From NCBI GenBank assembly GCA_965223335.1, contig OZ244991.1:1056001-1120000 (forward strand): a DNA stretch of 64,000 bases, written 5' to 3'. The stretch's first letter is position 1, and each line of letters starts with the position of its first letter. The notes beneath the pieces are model-generated. The model did not search any database and was not told the origin of the DNA. It saw nothing but the letters and a program-made list of their open reading frames with translations. The stretch is from Thermodesulfobacteriota bacterium. Lineage in GTDB: Bacteria; Desulfobacterota_D; UBA1144; Nemesobacterales; UBA2774. Both the position numbers and the translations under genes were made by a program. This document shows positions 9,278-20,434 of the stretch, piece after piece.

Positions 9278-10924
9278 TTACATCATTCCGCCCATTCCGC
9301 CCATGCCGCCCGGAGGCATTCCTGCAGCTGGACCGGCGTCTTCAGGCTGCGGTTTCTCTGCCACTAGTGCTTCTGTTGTGAGCAGTAACCCCGCCACACT
9401 AGACGCGTTCTGTATTGCACTGCGCGTTACCTTTGCCGGGTCCACTATCCCTGCCTCTATAAGGTCACAGTACTCTAGCCTCCCTGCATCGAACCCGTTG
9501 GAACCCTTCTCCTCACTCACCTTACCTACTACTATTGAGCCGTCCCACCCGGCGTTCGTTGCTATTCCTCTAAGCGGTTCTTCCAAGACTCTCTTTACTA
9601 TGTTTACCCCGGCCTGCTCCTCTGCATCAGCTCCGTCAAACCCGTCCACCGCCTTTATCGCTCTTATTAATGCTACTCCGCCACCGGCTACTATCCCCTC
9701 TTCCACTGCTGCCCTTGTGGCGTTAAGTGCGTCCTCTACCCTGGCCTTCTTCTCCTTCATCTCGGCCTCTGTAGCTGCCCCCACTCTTATCACTGCCACT
9801 CCACCGGCCAGCTTTGCCAACCGCTCCTGAAGCTTCTCTCTGTCATACTCCCCACTGGCCTCGTCCACCTGGGCCTTTATCTGGCGTATCCTACCCTCTA
9901 TCTCGGCCTTCTTCCCGGCCCCGCCTATAATAGTCGCATTGTCCTTGTCTATTACCACCTTCTTAGCTCTTCCCAGGTCTGCAAGCTTCGCTCCCTCTAG
10001 CTTCATCCCTGCCTCCTCAGCTATTACCTTACCCCCCGTGAGCACTGCTATGTCCTCTAACATTGCCTTACGCCTGTCACCAAACCCCGGGGCCTTGGCT
10101 GCCGCTGCTTTCAGTGTGCCCCTGATCTTGTTCACAACCAGTGTCGCCAGGGCCTCTCCCTCTATGTCCTCTGCAAGTACCAATAGAGGCTTGGTGCTAC
10201 GGGCTACCTCTTCGAGTAGCGGTACCAGGTCTTTCATGTTCGAGATCTTCTTGTCGTACATTAGTATTAGAGGGTCCTCTAACTCCACCAGCATCTTCTC
10301 GGGCTCTGTTACGAAGTACGGGCTTAGGTAACCTCTGTCGAACTGCATCCCCTCTACCACGTCGAGGTCGGTTTCCAGGCTTCGTCCCTCTTCCACTGTT
10401 ATTACTCCGTCTTTACCCACCTTCTCCATTGCGTCTGCTATGATGTTCCCTATTGTCTCGTCCCCGTTGGCAGACACTGTGGCTACCTGGGCTATCTCTG
10501 TACGCCCTTTTACCTGTTTGCTCTGTTTGCGTATGCTGTCCACCACTACTGCTACGGCTTTGTCTATCCCTCTCTTTAGTTTCATCGGGTCGTGGCCGGC
10601 TGCTACCAGTTTTATCCCCTCGCGGAATATGGCCTGGGCCAGCACTGTGGCTGTGGTGGTACCGTCTCCGGCTACGTCACTTGTCTTGGATGCCACCTCT
10701 TTTACCATCTGTGCGCCCATGTTCTCGAACTTGTCCTCTAGCTCGATCTCGTTGGCTACCGACACGCCGTCTTTGGTAACCACTGGGGCTCCGAATGTCT
10801 TCTCTATTAGCACGTTACGCCCGCGGGGTCCTAGTGTGGCTTTCACAGCTCTTGTGAGCTGGTCTACCCCTCTTAGTACCGCCTCTTGGGCCTGTCTGTC
10901 AAATTTAATTTCCTTTGCTGCCAT
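9278..10924 (-). CDS. groL: Chaperonin GroEL
   Basis: [27 protein letters not shown] and GGM tail. Confidence 0.99.
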   Translation of the reverse strand: MAAKEIKFDRQAQEAVLRGVDQLTRAVKATLGPRGRNVLIEKTFGAPVVTKDGVSVANEIELEDKFENMGAQMVKEVASKTSDVAGDGTTTATVLAQAIFREGIKLVAAGHDPMKLKRGIDKAVAVVVDSIRKQSKQVKGRTEIAQVATVSANGDETIGNIIADAMEKVGKDGVITVEEGRSLETDLDVVEGMQFDRGYLSPYFVTEPEKMLVELEDPLILMYDKKISNMKDLVPLLEEVARSTKPLLVLAEDIEGEALATLVVNKIRGTLKAAAAKAPGFGDRRKAMLEDIAVLTGGKVIAEEAGMKLEGAKLADLGRAKKVVIDKDNATIIGGAGKKAEIEGRIRQIKAQVDEASGEYDREKLQERLAKLAGGVAVIRVGAATEAEMKEKKARVEDALNATRAAVEEGIVAGGGVALIRAIKAVDGFDGADAEEQAGVNIVKRVLEEPLRGIATNAGWDGSIVVGKVSEEKGSNGFDAGRLEYCDLIEAGIVDPAKVTRSAIQNASSVAGLLLTTEALVAEKPQPEDAGPAAGMPPGGMGGMGGMM

Positions 10925-10956
10925 TTCGTATTGCCTCCTAACTTTTTTCTCAGTAC

Positions 10957-11244
10957 CTATTCTATTACTGCTAAGACTTCACCTTCATGCAATATGGTGT
11001 AGTCATCACCATCAAGTGTAATTTCAGTTCCTCCGAACTTGGCGAATAGAACCCTGTCGCCCTTTGCAACCTCTAGAGGAATTATTTGACCGTTGTCGTG
11101 AATATATCCGGTGCCCACTGCAACCACTTCTCCCTCCTGGGGGGCTTCTGCAGCAGTCTCTGGGATAATAATTCCGCCTTTAGTGGTTTCTGGTGAGTCA
11201 ATTCTTTTAATTAGAACTTTGTCTCGAAGTGGTCTTACTTTCAT
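10957..11244 (-). CDS. groS: Co-chaperonin GroES
   Basis: [14 protein letters not shown]...[12 protein letters not shown] at 11244 with AGGAGG RBS. Confidence 0.97.
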   Translation of the reverse strand: MKVRPLRDKVLIKRIDSPETTKGGIIIPETAAEAPQEGEVVAVGTGYIHDNGQIIPLEVAKGDRVLFAKFGGTEITLDGDDYTILHEGEVLAVIE

Positions 11245-11423
11245 TGATACTCCCTCCTGCAATCTATGTATAAATTAAAAAAAGCGTTTTGGTGCACAAA
11301 ACGCTAGGTATAAGGTAGTCATGTTTTAAGTAGTGTCAAGGGGTAAACAATAAAAAGTTTATCCACGTTTATTATTGGATATTTTGGGATCAGGATACGG
11401 TATATTAAACAATGTTGGTGTCG

Positions 11424-11786
11424 CTATATGTCGGCGTCAAATGCGTTATGGATTAGCCGGGTCTCGTCGTTTTGTAGATTTACTGAAACAATGTCAAATC
11501 TTGCGCTTCTAGATGCTAGCTTGTTTTTCTCAAGATAGACCAGGGCAGAGTTTAATAGTTTTTTCTGCTTGCTCTGTGTAACGGCCTCTTCGGGCAGACC
11601 GAAGCTTGTGGAGGAGCGGGCTTTTACCTCTATAAAGCAAAGCACTTTGTCTTTATCTTCCGCAATTATATCGATCTCGCCCTGTTTGCACCTAAAATTC
11701 TTTGTAATGATTTTATATTTATTCTTTTTGAGCATTCTGCATGCTATCTGTTCCCCCCTGTTGCCTATTTCACTCTTAGTTTTCAT
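11424..11786 (-). CDS. yraN: YraN family (UPF0102) putative endonuclease
   Basis: GNRGEQIA, NFRCKQGEIDIIA, FIEVKAR and RFDIV motifs; start reassigned to the ATG at 11786. Confidence 0.92.
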   Translation of the reverse strand: MKTKSEIGNRGEQIACRMLKKNKYKIITKNFRCKQGEIDIIAEDKDKVLCFIEVKARSSTSFGLPEEAVTQSKQKKLLNSALVYLEKNKLASRSARFDIVSVNLQNDETRLIHNAFDADI

Positions 11787-11799
11787 TTTTAACCCTGTC

Positions 11800-14400
11800 T
11801 TACGAAGGTAAATCCAGCTTTTTTTTGAGCTCCGATAAAGCATTAAGAGCGTCAAGCGGTGTCATTGAGTTTAAGTCGAGCTCACTCAATTCAACGAGAA
11901 TGGGGTTTTCCTCTGCTTGGGGGCTCTCATTTTTTTCGAACATAGGGATCTGACCCCCCAAGATCGATTCCCTTAAATCCGTCTGCGATTTCTCTAGGTT
12001 AACAAGCACCTTGCGTGCGGCTTTTATGACCCGTTCGGGAATCCCGGCGAGCTTGGCAACCTGGATACCGTAGCTGTGACTGGCGGCGCCGGGGATTAAC
12101 TTTCTTAGGAACACTATTTTATCGCCGTCTTCCTTAACATATATATTGTAGTTCATGATCCTCTTTTTATGCTTGGCCAGCTCTGCGAGCTCGTGGTAGT
12201 GGGTCGCAAACAGTGTCCTACACCCAGTGTCGTGTAAAAACTCTGCCACTGCCCATGCTATGCTCATCCCGTCAAAAGTGCTCGTACCCCTCCCGATCTC
12301 GTCTAGGATAACCAAGCTCTTGTTCGTAGCGTGGCGGAGTATAAAGCCTGTTTCCACCATCTCTACCATAAACGTAGACTGTCCCTTGGCCAGGTTGTCT
12401 GAGGCCCCCACACGGGTAAAAATGCGGTCAGTGATCCCGAGCTTTGCTTTGGCCGCGGGTACGAAACTGCCTATCTGCGACATGAGTGCGGTAAGCGCCA
12501 CTTGGCGAATAAGGGTGGATTTCCCGGCCATGTTGGGTCCCGTGATAATAATGAATTGGTTTTTGTTCTGGTCGAGTTTGATGTCGTTGGGTACAAACCT
12601 TTCCCCTAGATCGATTCTTTCCACCACAGGGTGGCGGCTCTCTTTTAAATTAATCTCCCTCTTATCAGTTAACTCGGGTCTTGTGTAGTGGTACTGGTCG
12701 GCAATTTCTGCAAAAGCGGCCAAGACGTCGAGTCGGGCAATATGTGATGCTGTTTTTCTAATCCTCGTGCATTGTTTGGCGATTTTTTCTTTTATCTGTT
12801 CGAACAGCTCTTTTTCGAGGATAACTATTTTTTCTTCTGCACCCAGTATTTTTTCTTCGTATTCCTTAAGCCTGTCGGTGGTGAACCTCTCGGCGTTTAC
12901 GAGAGTTTGTTTTCTTTGGTAGCTGTTTGGCACCATGTAGATATTGGCTTTGGTAACCTCTATGTAGTAGCCGAACACCTTGTTGTAGCCGATCTTGAGA
13001 GTGTTGATGCCAGTTTCCTTGCGTTCCTCGGCCTCGAGCTCAGCTATCCAGTGTTTACCGTTCTTGCGAATGGACCTGAGTTCGTCTAACTCCTTGTTAT
13101 AACCGTCGCGTATTATCCCTCCGTCCCTGGGGGTTAGAGGCGGGTTCTCGACAACCGCACTCTCGAGTATCTCACGTATGTCTTTTAGCTCGTCTATGTT
13201 GTTATGAATTTTCTTAAGTGGTTTGCTCCGGAGCTTCACGGTAAGGGTTTTTAGCTCTTTTATGGAATGTGAAGAGTCCCTTAACATCCCCAGGTCCCTC
13301 GGCTTTGCCGACGAGGTACAGATGCGTCCTATTAAGCGCTCGATGTCGCTAATACCTTTTAGCGTAGATCTGATGTCGATCCTAAGCATGGGCTCTTCTT
13401 TTAGGTTCTCTACGGAGTCTAGCCGCTCGTTAATTTTTGTGTGGTTCAAAAGAGGATAATTGATCCACTGCTTTAGCATCCTAGCCCCCATTGCGGTCAC
13501 AGTTTGGTCCATTACCCATATGAATGAGCCGGTGTGTGTGTCACCACGAATGGTCTTTAAGAGTTCCAGGTTTAGTTTTGTGGAGTCGTCTATTAACAGA
13601 TACTCGGAATTGGTGTAGAACTGGGGCTCGAACAGTGGGGGCATATCGTCCATCTGTGTCTCTTTTATATACTCGAGGAGCGCCCAGCAAGAGCTTGTGC
13701 ATTGGGGGTTATCTGCGAGCCCATAGGACTCGAGTGTCTTTGCAGACAGGTATTCCAACAAGAGCTCCTCAGCGCGCTCGGGGTCCCAAAACAGGTTTTC
13801 TCTCTTTGTGACGAGTGGGTTCCAAGATTTTAAATGCGGGTTGGTCTCGAGTGTGTGGTCTTCGAGCAGATGCTCTATGAGCAGGATCTCGCTCGGTTCA
13901 AGGTGCGAGAGCTCCTCAAGTAATTCGTCTTTGCCTGCGAACTTGGTTGTTTTAAATTCACCCGTGGAGATATCGGTGTAGCTAAGGCCGTAAGAGCCGT
14001 CTATGTTAGTTATGCTCGCCAGGTAGTTATTGGATCTATAGTCCAGGTTCTCAGTGTCAATGATAGCACCGGGTGTAAGCACCTTAACGACCTGTCGTTT
14101 AACTATTCCTTTGGCGAGCTTTGGGTCCTCTACCTGCTCGCATATAGCCACCTTATAGCCGTTATCGAGCAGTTTGGTTAAGTACGACTCCGCACTGTGA
14201 TGTGGCACCCCACACAGAGGTACCGGGTTTTTATCGGATTTGTTCCTAGAAGTAAGTGCAATGCCGAGCACCTTTGAAGCGATTTTAGCGTCTTCGAAAA
14301 ACATCTCGTAAAAATCACCCAGGCGGAAAAACAGTATGGTATCGGGATACTCCTTTTTTATCTCTCTATACTGCTTTATCATGGGTGTTTGAGGAGGCAT
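11800..14400 (-). CDS. mutS: DNA mismatch repair protein MutS
   Basis: TPMIKQY, FRLGDFYEMF, ITGPNMAGKST, STFMVEM and DEIGRGTST motifs. Confidence 0.98.
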   Translation of the reverse strand: MPPQTPMIKQYREIKKEYPDTILFFRLGDFYEMFFEDAKIASKVLGIALTSRNKSDKNPVPLCGVPHHSAESYLTKLLDNGYKVAICEQVEDPKLAKGIVKRQVVKVLTPGAIIDTENLDYRSNNYLASITNIDGSYGLSYTDISTGEFKTTKFAGKDELLEELSHLEPSEILLIEHLLEDHTLETNPHLKSWNPLVTKRENLFWDPERAEELLLEYLSAKTLESYGLADNPQCTSSCWALLEYIKETQMDDMPPLFEPQFYTNSEYLLIDDSTKLNLELLKTIRGDTHTGSFIWVMDQTVTAMGARMLKQWINYPLLNHTKINERLDSVENLKEEPMLRIDIRSTLKGISDIERLIGRICTSSAKPRDLGMLRDSSHSIKELKTLTVKLRSKPLKKIHNNIDELKDIREILESAVVENPPLTPRDGGIIRDGYNKELDELRSIRKNGKHWIAELEAEERKETGINTLKIGYNKVFGYYIEVTKANIYMVPNSYQRKQTLVNAERFTTDRLKEYEEKILGAEEKIVILEKELFEQIKEKIAKQCTRIRKTASHIARLDVLAAFAEIADQYHYTRPELTDKREINLKESRHPVVERIDLGERFVPNDIKLDQNKNQFIIITGPNMAGKSTLIRQVALTALMSQIGSFVPAAKAKLGITDRIFTRVGASDNLAKGQSTFMVEMVETGFILRHATNKSLVILDEIGRGTSTFDGMSIAWAVAEFLHDTGCRTLFATHYHELAELAKHKKRIMNYNIYVKEDGDKIVFLRKLIPGAASHSYGIQVAKLAGIPERVIKAARKVLVNLEKSQTDLRESILGGQIPMFEKNESPQAEENPILVELSELDLNSMTPLDALNALSELKKKLDLPS

Positions 14401-14525
14401 ACGAAAGAGATTATATCACTGGGTGTGGGAGTCTCAACATGCAATATTCAATCTATTAATTATTTATTAAATATTGCTGGCTTCGGTTGGGTGTTATCGG
14501 CACTAGATACGGGTATTGTATTGCT

Positions 14526-14846
14526 ATGACTAAGTCTTCGAGAGCCGGGTTCTCGATAGGAGAACTTGTGCACCACAAGCTGTTTGATTATAGAGGGGTC
14601 GTAATAGATGTGGATCCGGTGTTTTCTGGAACCGAGGAGTGGTACGAACATGTGGCAAGGTCGCGTCCCCCAAAGGATAAGCCCTGGTACCATGTACTGG
14701 TCGATGGGGCTAAGCATCAAACCTACGTTGCGGAGAGAAACCTTGAGCGCGACAACTCGGCCCAGCCGATTAACCACCCGATGTTAAGTCAATATTTCAC
14801 CGGGTTTAACGACGGCTCGTATGTGCTCAAAAGCAGTGTGAATTAA
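14526..14846 (+). CDS. hspQ: Heat shock protein HspQ (YccV-like)
   Basis: FSIGELVHHKLFDYRGVVIDVDP, PWYHVLV and TYVAERNL motifs. Confidence 0.9.
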   Translation: MTKSSRAGFSIGELVHHKLFDYRGVVIDVDPVFSGTEEWYEHVARSRPPKDKPWYHVLVDGAKHQTYVAERNLERDNSAQPINHPMLSQYFTGFNDGSYVLKSSVN

Positions 14847-14949
14847 AAATCCGGTTTGATGATACACCACACTGGTGATAAATTACTTTCCTTTATAACC
14901 CGCGACTCTAAACAATTAATGAAAGAGTGGATACCCAGGTGGTTGGACA

Positions 14950-16038
14950 TTGTTAAAAGTTAGCAGATTTGTGTGTGACCTGATCCCTTATGTGCCTGGC
15001 AAGCCTGTAGAGGAACTAGAGAGGGAAATCGGTATTACAGATGCGGTCAAGATCGCCTCTAACGAGAACCCGCTAGGCCCCTCTCCTCTGGCTATAGACG
15101 CCGTGAGAAAGACAGCGGACCAGATCAACTTTTATCCTGACGGGGATTCCTTTTATCTAAAGCACAAGGTTGCCGAGCACCTCTCTCTGGACACCGGGCA
15201 GCTTATATTTGGCAACGGGTCTAATGACGTAATTAATGTGGCTACAAGGACATTTATAGAGCCGGGTGATGAGGCCGTGATGGGTGAGTTTGCGTTTATA
15301 GTCTACCCCATTGTTACCAAGGCTATAGGCGGGCGGGCGGTCATCTCCCCTATGCCCGACTACACCCACGATCTAAGCGATATGTACTCGCGGCTCACTC
15401 CAAAGACAAAGGCAGTGTTCATAGCCAACCCCAACAATCCCACAGGCACCATGGTTGCTAAGGACGAGCTGGAATGGTTCCTCGACCGAGTGCCGGATGA
15501 TATTCTTGTGGTAATTGACGAGGCCTATTTCGAGTATGTCGATGATGATGAGTATCCTAATTCTCTTACGTACCATAGCACTGGGAAATCTATACTAACC
15601 GTAAGGACCTTTTCGAAAATATACGGTTTGGCAGGGCTTAGAGTGGGGTACGGGATAGCGAATCCCGAGATAATCTCGGAGATGCACAGGGTAAGAGAGC
15701 CCTTTAACGTAAATTCACTGGCACAGGTGGGTGCCAGGGCAGCGCTAGACGATATAGAGCATGTCGAGAATACCAGGCGTAATAATAAGGAGGGGCTCGA
15801 ATATTTGGCGGGTGAACTGGACAGACTAAAGATCAGCTATGCGGAATCATATGCAAATTTTATTTTGATAGATCTTGAGGAGGACCCTAAGTCGGTTTAT
15901 GAATCTTTACTTCGCGAAGGTGTGATAGTGAGACCGGTTGGGGGCTATGGACTTAGGACCCATCTTAGGGTCAGTGTGGGACTACCCCAAGAAAACGAGA
16001 GGTTTATCAAAGCGCTGGAGAAAGTACTCGGTGCGTAA
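14950..16038 (+). CDS. hisC: Histidinol-phosphate aminotransferase
   Basis: PYVPGK, ASNENP, NPNNPTG, DEAY and RTFSKIYGLAGLRVGY motifs. Confidence 0.95.
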   Translation: MLKVSRFVCDLIPYVPGKPVEELEREIGITDAVKIASNENPLGPSPLAIDAVRKTADQINFYPDGDSFYLKHKVAEHLSLDTGQLIFGNGSNDVINVATRTFIEPGDEAVMGEFAFIVYPIVTKAIGGRAVISPMPDYTHDLSDMYSRLTPKTKAVFIANPNNPTGTMVAKDELEWFLDRVPDDILVVIDEAYFEYVDDDEYPNSLTYHSTGKSILTVRTFSKIYGLAGLRVGYGIANPEIISEMHRVREPFNVNSLAQVGARAALDDIEHVENTRRNNKEGLEYLAGELDRLKISYAESYANFILIDLEEDPKSVYESLLREGVIVRPVGGYGLRTHLRVSVGLPQENERFIKALEKVLGA

Positions 16039-16039
16039 T

Positions 16040-16891
16040 ATGAAATTCAATAAGATCTGTGTATTGGGACTCGGTTTAATAGGTGGTTCGCTTGCATCGG
16101 CGTTGAGGGCTTCGGGCAAGGTGACCACTGTATATGGAGTGGACCTAAAAGAATCGTCCATAGAATTTGCCCTTAAAAACGGTGTCATAGACGAGGGCTC
16201 AACAGATTTCGCGCCGGGGGTGACTGATGCCGAGGTTGTTGTCATTGCCGCTTATGTAGGTGAGATACCCGGATTGGTAAAGGATATAATCCCCCACGTT
16301 AAACCCGGAGCTGTAATCACTGATGTAGGCAGTTCTAAATCAAAGATTGTGGGATCAGTGGAGGAGCTTTTGGGTGATCAAGTGCACTTTGTAGGGGGGC
16401 ACCCGATAGCGGGCACAGAGTATTCAGGGGTTGAACGCAGCAACCCCGATCTGTTTCGCGGCAAGAGGTGTGTTCTAACTCCGACCAGTTCTACGGATGA
16501 GAAAGCTAAAAACAAAATTGCTGATCTATGGAAATTGATTGGTGCAGAGGTGCATATTATGGATAAGGACCAGCACGATAAGGTTTTTGGATATGTTAGC
16601 CACCTCCCACACGTCGTGGCTTATGCCCTGGTTAACACCATACTCGATAGAGAGGACCGGGAGACACTCCTTGATTTTGCGGGCGGGGGGCTTAGGGACT
16701 ATACAAGGATTGCCGCAAGCTCACCTGAGATGTGGACCGAGATATTGAGCTCGAATAGAGACGAAGTTCTCGAAGCAATTCGTGAATTCAAGGCTAGTTT
16801 GGAGAGACTCGAGGTTGCTATCCGAGAGGGCAGCACAGAGGCCTTGAGTAATGAACTCCGCAAAGCTGTGTTGTTGAAAAAAAGCTTGTAA
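16040..16891 (+). CDS. tyrA: Prephenate/arogenate dehydrogenase
   Basis: GLGLIGGS, DVGSSK, GGHPIAG, SHLPH and DYTRIA motifs; start reassigned to the ATG at 16040. Confidence 0.93.
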   Translation: MKFNKICVLGLGLIGGSLASALRASGKVTTVYGVDLKESSIEFALKNGVIDEGSTDFAPGVTDAEVVVIAAYVGEIPGLVKDIIPHVKPGAVITDVGSSKSKIVGSVEELLGDQVHFVGGHPIAGTEYSGVERSNPDLFRGKRCVLTPTSSTDEKAKNKIADLWKLIGAEVHIMDKDQHDKVFGYVSHLPHVVAYALVNTILDREDRETLLDFAGGGLRDYTRIAASSPEMWTEILSSNRDEVLEAIREFKASLERLEVAIREGSTEALSNELRKAVLLKKSL

Positions 16892-16937
16892 TTACAGCTA
16901 CAAAAACACATTTATATCTAAACCACAATATTTAAAC

Positions 16938-16987
16938 TTATATATTGGTTAACTATATTTTTATTGTTTCTTAACACAATCTTAACA
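16938..16987 (+). promoter_or_regulatory. Pho-box-like array of 11-bp periodic TTAACA direct repeats upstream of pstS
   Basis: TTAACA at 16971 and 16982, TTAACT at 16949, and degenerate TTATAT (16938) and TTTATT (16960), all in 11-bp phase. Confidence 0.7.
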
Positions 16988-17035
16988 ATTGGGGGGTTTA
17001 ATCCTAATAGAAACTATATTACGGAGGATTAATTA

Positions 17036-18073
17036 ATGATTACATGGAATTCAAAATGGGTTTTAAGATTTACAGTTTTAACAAGTTTTTTATTTGTAAC
17101 GACTCTTTTTGCATATAATTTTGCCCAAGCCGACGAGCCTGTTAAGGTAGACCCTGCGATTCCGACTTACGAGAAGGTAAGCGGTGTTTCCGGCAACATA
17201 AACAGCATCGGCTCAGACACCATGAACAACCTAATGACTCTATGGTGTGAGGGATTTACCAAGAATTACCCGAATGTAAGGTGTCAGATTGAGGGTAAGG
17301 GATCGAGCACAGCCCCACCTGCGCTAATTGAAGGCACAGCTCAGTTCGGGCCGATGTCGCGTAAGATGAAGGGTAAGGAAATAGACGAGTTTGAGAAGGC
17401 CTTCGGTTATAAACCCATGGCAGTATCGACCTCGATCGATACACTCGCAGTCTATGTAAATAAAGACAATCCAATCGAGTGCATGACCATTGAGCAGGTA
17501 GACGCAATATTCTCCAAGACCAACAAATGTGGCGCCGGAGCTGACATTGCTACTTGGGGCGACGTAGATCCAAACATGCCTGGAGACTGGGTGGGCAGAC
17601 CTATAAGTACATATGGCAGAAACTCCGCCTCCGGTACATACGGCTACTTCAAAAAACACGCACTGTGCAAAGGGGACTACAAAGATTCTGTAAAAGAACA
17701 GCCCGGCTCAGCATCGGTTGTACAGGGTATTACAAAGGATATCTACGCAATAGGTTACAGTGGTATTGGTTACATGACCTCGGGTGTTAAGGCAATTAAA
17801 CTGGCCAAAAAAGGCGGCGACGGAGACTGCTCTGACCCAAGTCTAGAGAATGTAGTATCGGGCTCTTATCCTCTGGGAAGGTCTCTTTACCTATATGTAA
17901 ATAAGAAACCGAATGAAGACCTCGACCCGCTACGCAGAGAGTTCTTAAAGTTCATATTGAGCCAGGAAGGTCAGGAAGTAGTTATCAAGGACGGCTACCT
18001 GCCTCTTCCCGAAGGCGTTATTACAAAACAGCTGCGGGCCATTGACGCCAGTTCTTCTGCGATGGCTAAGTAG
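17036..18073 (+). CDS. pstS: Phosphate ABC transporter substrate-binding protein
   Basis: Signal peptide; GSDTM, EGKGSSTAPPAL and GRNSASGT motifs. Confidence 0.95.
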   Translation: MITWNSKWVLRFTVLTSFLFVTTLFAYNFAQADEPVKVDPAIPTYEKVSGVSGNINSIGSDTMNNLMTLWCEGFTKNYPNVRCQIEGKGSSTAPPALIEGTAQFGPMSRKMKGKEIDEFEKAFGYKPMAVSTSIDTLAVYVNKDNPIECMTIEQVDAIFSKTNKCGAGADIATWGDVDPNMPGDWVGRPISTYGRNSASGTYGYFKKHALCKGDYKDSVKEQPGSASVVQGITKDIYAIGYSGIGYMTSGVKAIKLAKKGGDGDCSDPSLENVVSGSYPLGRSLYLYVNKKPNEDLDPLRREFLKFILSQEGQEVVIKDGYLPLPEGVITKQLRAIDASSSAMAK

Positions 18074-18107
18074 TTTTATGGTATTGATTTAGATGTTGAG
18101 TTAATTC

Positions 18108-20417
18108 ATGGAAACAATTGTAGGTCCTGAACCGATTAAAGAAAAGCGAGCTTCCTCCTCACTTACGAGGAGGAAGCTCGCTGATTATATAGCCACTATC
18201 GTTGTTTCCACAGGCGGGGTTGCAGTGATACTCAGCATCATCGCGATCCTATTTTTTATCGGATGGGAGGTTCTGCCGCTTTGGCAGGGTGTAAAATCCG
18301 AGCTAGCCAGTTCATTTGTTCTTAAAGAAGACCCGGAGCTCTCCTCATATTCAATTGACACCCCTCAGAAAAGCGAATTTCCTTTCATAGTCGTAGGAAG
18401 CGAGGAGTATAGAGAGATAGGCTTTACTCTAAGCGATCACGGTAAGGTTAGATTTATGTCACTAGAGACCGGTGATACCGTGAAGGAATTCGAACTTACG
18501 GGTCTAGACGGGGCTAGAATTACTTCTGACTTCGTAGCAATCAATAACCAGCTATATGTTGCGGGTACCGATGTGGGATCTATCCTGCCTTTTAGAGTCA
18601 ACTATCAGATCAACTTCGATGCCCAGGGTAAAAGAGAAATAATCCCGAGTGTCACTGAAAAGGATCCTATTACAATAAGTGATTCCAAATTAAATATAGT
18701 GGCATATGAGATAAATGAAGAAGGTTCTAATACCGCCGCCGCTGCTTATACCTCAGCAGGCGAACTGCTGTTTATGGGCAGCGGAGAGACCGAGTCGTTC
18801 CTCGGAGATACTGAAACAGTCGAACACAAGCATGAACTTACATCTGTGATTCAGGGCAGTTCAGCAACCACCATCGAGATCGATAATATTCTCGAGAACC
18901 TGTATGTAGGGGCCGAGAACGGGAAGATTTACCATTGGGATATATCCAACATAGAAGAACCTGAGTTTATAGAGGCAATAGATGCTACTGACGGTAAAGG
19001 CAGTGCAGTGACAGCACTCGGGTTCTTACTCGGCGACAGGTCACTCATAGTGGGGGATAGTGATGGAAACGTGTCTGTGTGGTTCCAAGTAAATGACCCC
19101 ACATCACCACTTGGGTTCCGACTGCAGAAGGTACATAGTCTAGACCCCTTGGAGCTGCCGGTAACCAAGATCGTAGCCTCACCTCGTGACAGGGGTTTAA
19201 TAGCGTCGGATAAAGGGGGCAATATAAACCTCTACCATGCTACTTCGAATCAAACTTTACTGAGTCTCAAAGACAATGACTCCTCTATTATGGCACTTAA
19301 CTTCAGCCCCAAAGCAAACGGCATCATAGCCATAGACAACAATGCGAATCTCATAAATTGGCAGATCCACAACCCCCATCCCGAAACCACCTTTAAGACA
19401 CTGTTCGGCAAGGTTTGGTACGAGGGCTACAGTAAACCGGAATACGTTTGGCAGTCCACGGGGGGCACAGATGAATTCGAACCAAAACTAAGCTTGACCC
19501 CTTTGGCCTACGGTACATTTAAGGGTGCTATATACGCACTACTGATTGCATTACCGCTTTCAATATTCGGGGCTATATGTGTTTCACAGTTTATGCATCC
19601 TACGTTTAGGAATGTTATTAAACCTGTGATTGAGATAATGGCCGCACTACCAAGCGTTGTCCTTGGATTTTTCGCAGGATTGTGGCTGGCACCTCATATC
19701 GAAAAGATTATCCCTGCAGTATTTGCACTGCCTGTGGTACTCACGGTTATGACTTTGCTAAGTGTATTAATATGGCAAAAGATGCCCCGCTCAATAAAGG
19801 GCAGGTTTAAAACGGGGACAGAACTGTTCTTATTGGTACCGGTAATTATTTTAGCAGTGCTTATAAGCCTCGGTCTAAATACACCTTTGGATAACGCACT
19901 TTTCGGAGGGGATTACAAGAACTGGCTCTACACGGTTTTGGGTCTACAATATGATCAGCGCAACGCGTTGATTGTGGGTTTTGCCATGGGTTTTGCAGTT
20001 ATTCCTATAATTTTCACAATATCTGAAGACGCCTTATCCAGTGTGCCGAAGCACCTTACAGCGGGCTCGCTTGCACTGGGTGCTACCAAGTGGCAGACAG
20101 CCATAAAAGTAGTATTGCCCACGGCAAGTCCCGGTATTTTTTCAGCGGTAATGATCGGGTTTGGACGAGCGGTGGGCGAGACGATGATCGTGCTTATGGC
20201 TACGGGTAACACCCCGATTATGGACTGGAGCATTTTTAATGGTTTCAGAGCACTCTCGGCAAATATAGCGGTTGAGATACCCGAAGCTCCACACGGAGGG
20301 ACTCTTTACAGGGTGTTGTTTTTAGCGGGTCTTCTACTATTTTTATTTACATTTGTTATTAACACCGGGGCCGAAATAGTTAGACAGAGACTAAGAAAGA
20401 AGTATGGGCAGTTATAG
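18108..20417 (+). CDS. pstC: Phosphate ABC permease PstC with a large N-terminal beta-propeller-like domain
   Basis: C-terminal ALPSVVLG, SLALGATKWQT and GRAVGETM motifs; about 370-aa WD-like insert. Confidence 0.92.
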   Translation: METIVGPEPIKEKRASSSLTRRKLADYIATIVVSTGGVAVILSIIAILFFIGWEVLPLWQGVKSELASSFVLKEDPELSSYSIDTPQKSEFPFIVVGSEEYREIGFTLSDHGKVRFMSLETGDTVKEFELTGLDGARITSDFVAINNQLYVAGTDVGSILPFRVNYQINFDAQGKREIIPSVTEKDPITISDSKLNIVAYEINEEGSNTAAAAYTSAGELLFMGSGETESFLGDTETVEHKHELTSVIQGSSATTIEIDNILENLYVGAENGKIYHWDISNIEEPEFIEAIDATDGKGSAVTALGFLLGDRSLIVGDSDGNVSVWFQVNDPTSPLGFRLQKVHSLDPLELPVTKIVASPRDRGLIASDKGGNINLYHATSNQTLLSLKDNDSSIMALNFSPKANGIIAIDNNANLINWQIHNPHPETTFKTLFGKVWYEGYSKPEYVWQSTGGTDEFEPKLSLTPLAYGTFKGAIYALLIALPLSIFGAICVSQFMHPTFRNVIKPVIEIMAALPSVVLGFFAGLWLAPHIEKIIPAVFALPVVLTVMTLLSVLIWQKMPRSIKGRFKTGTELFLLVPVIILAVLISLGLNTPLDNALFGGDYKNWLYTVLGLQYDQRNALIVGFAMGFAVIPIIFTISEDALSSVPKHLTAGSLALGATKWQTAIKVVLPTASPGIFSAVMIGFGRAVGETMIVLMATGNTPIMDWSIFNGFRALSANIAVEIPEAPHGGTLYRVLFLAGLLLFLFTFVINTGAEIVRQRLRKKYGQL

Positions 20418-20434
20418 ATAGGTAATCACAGGTT

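Noticed and set aside
9105..11021. Long antisense ORFs (241, 130 and 193 aa) opposite groEL
   Set aside because: Shadow frames caused by codon bias of a conserved gene; no protein motifs.
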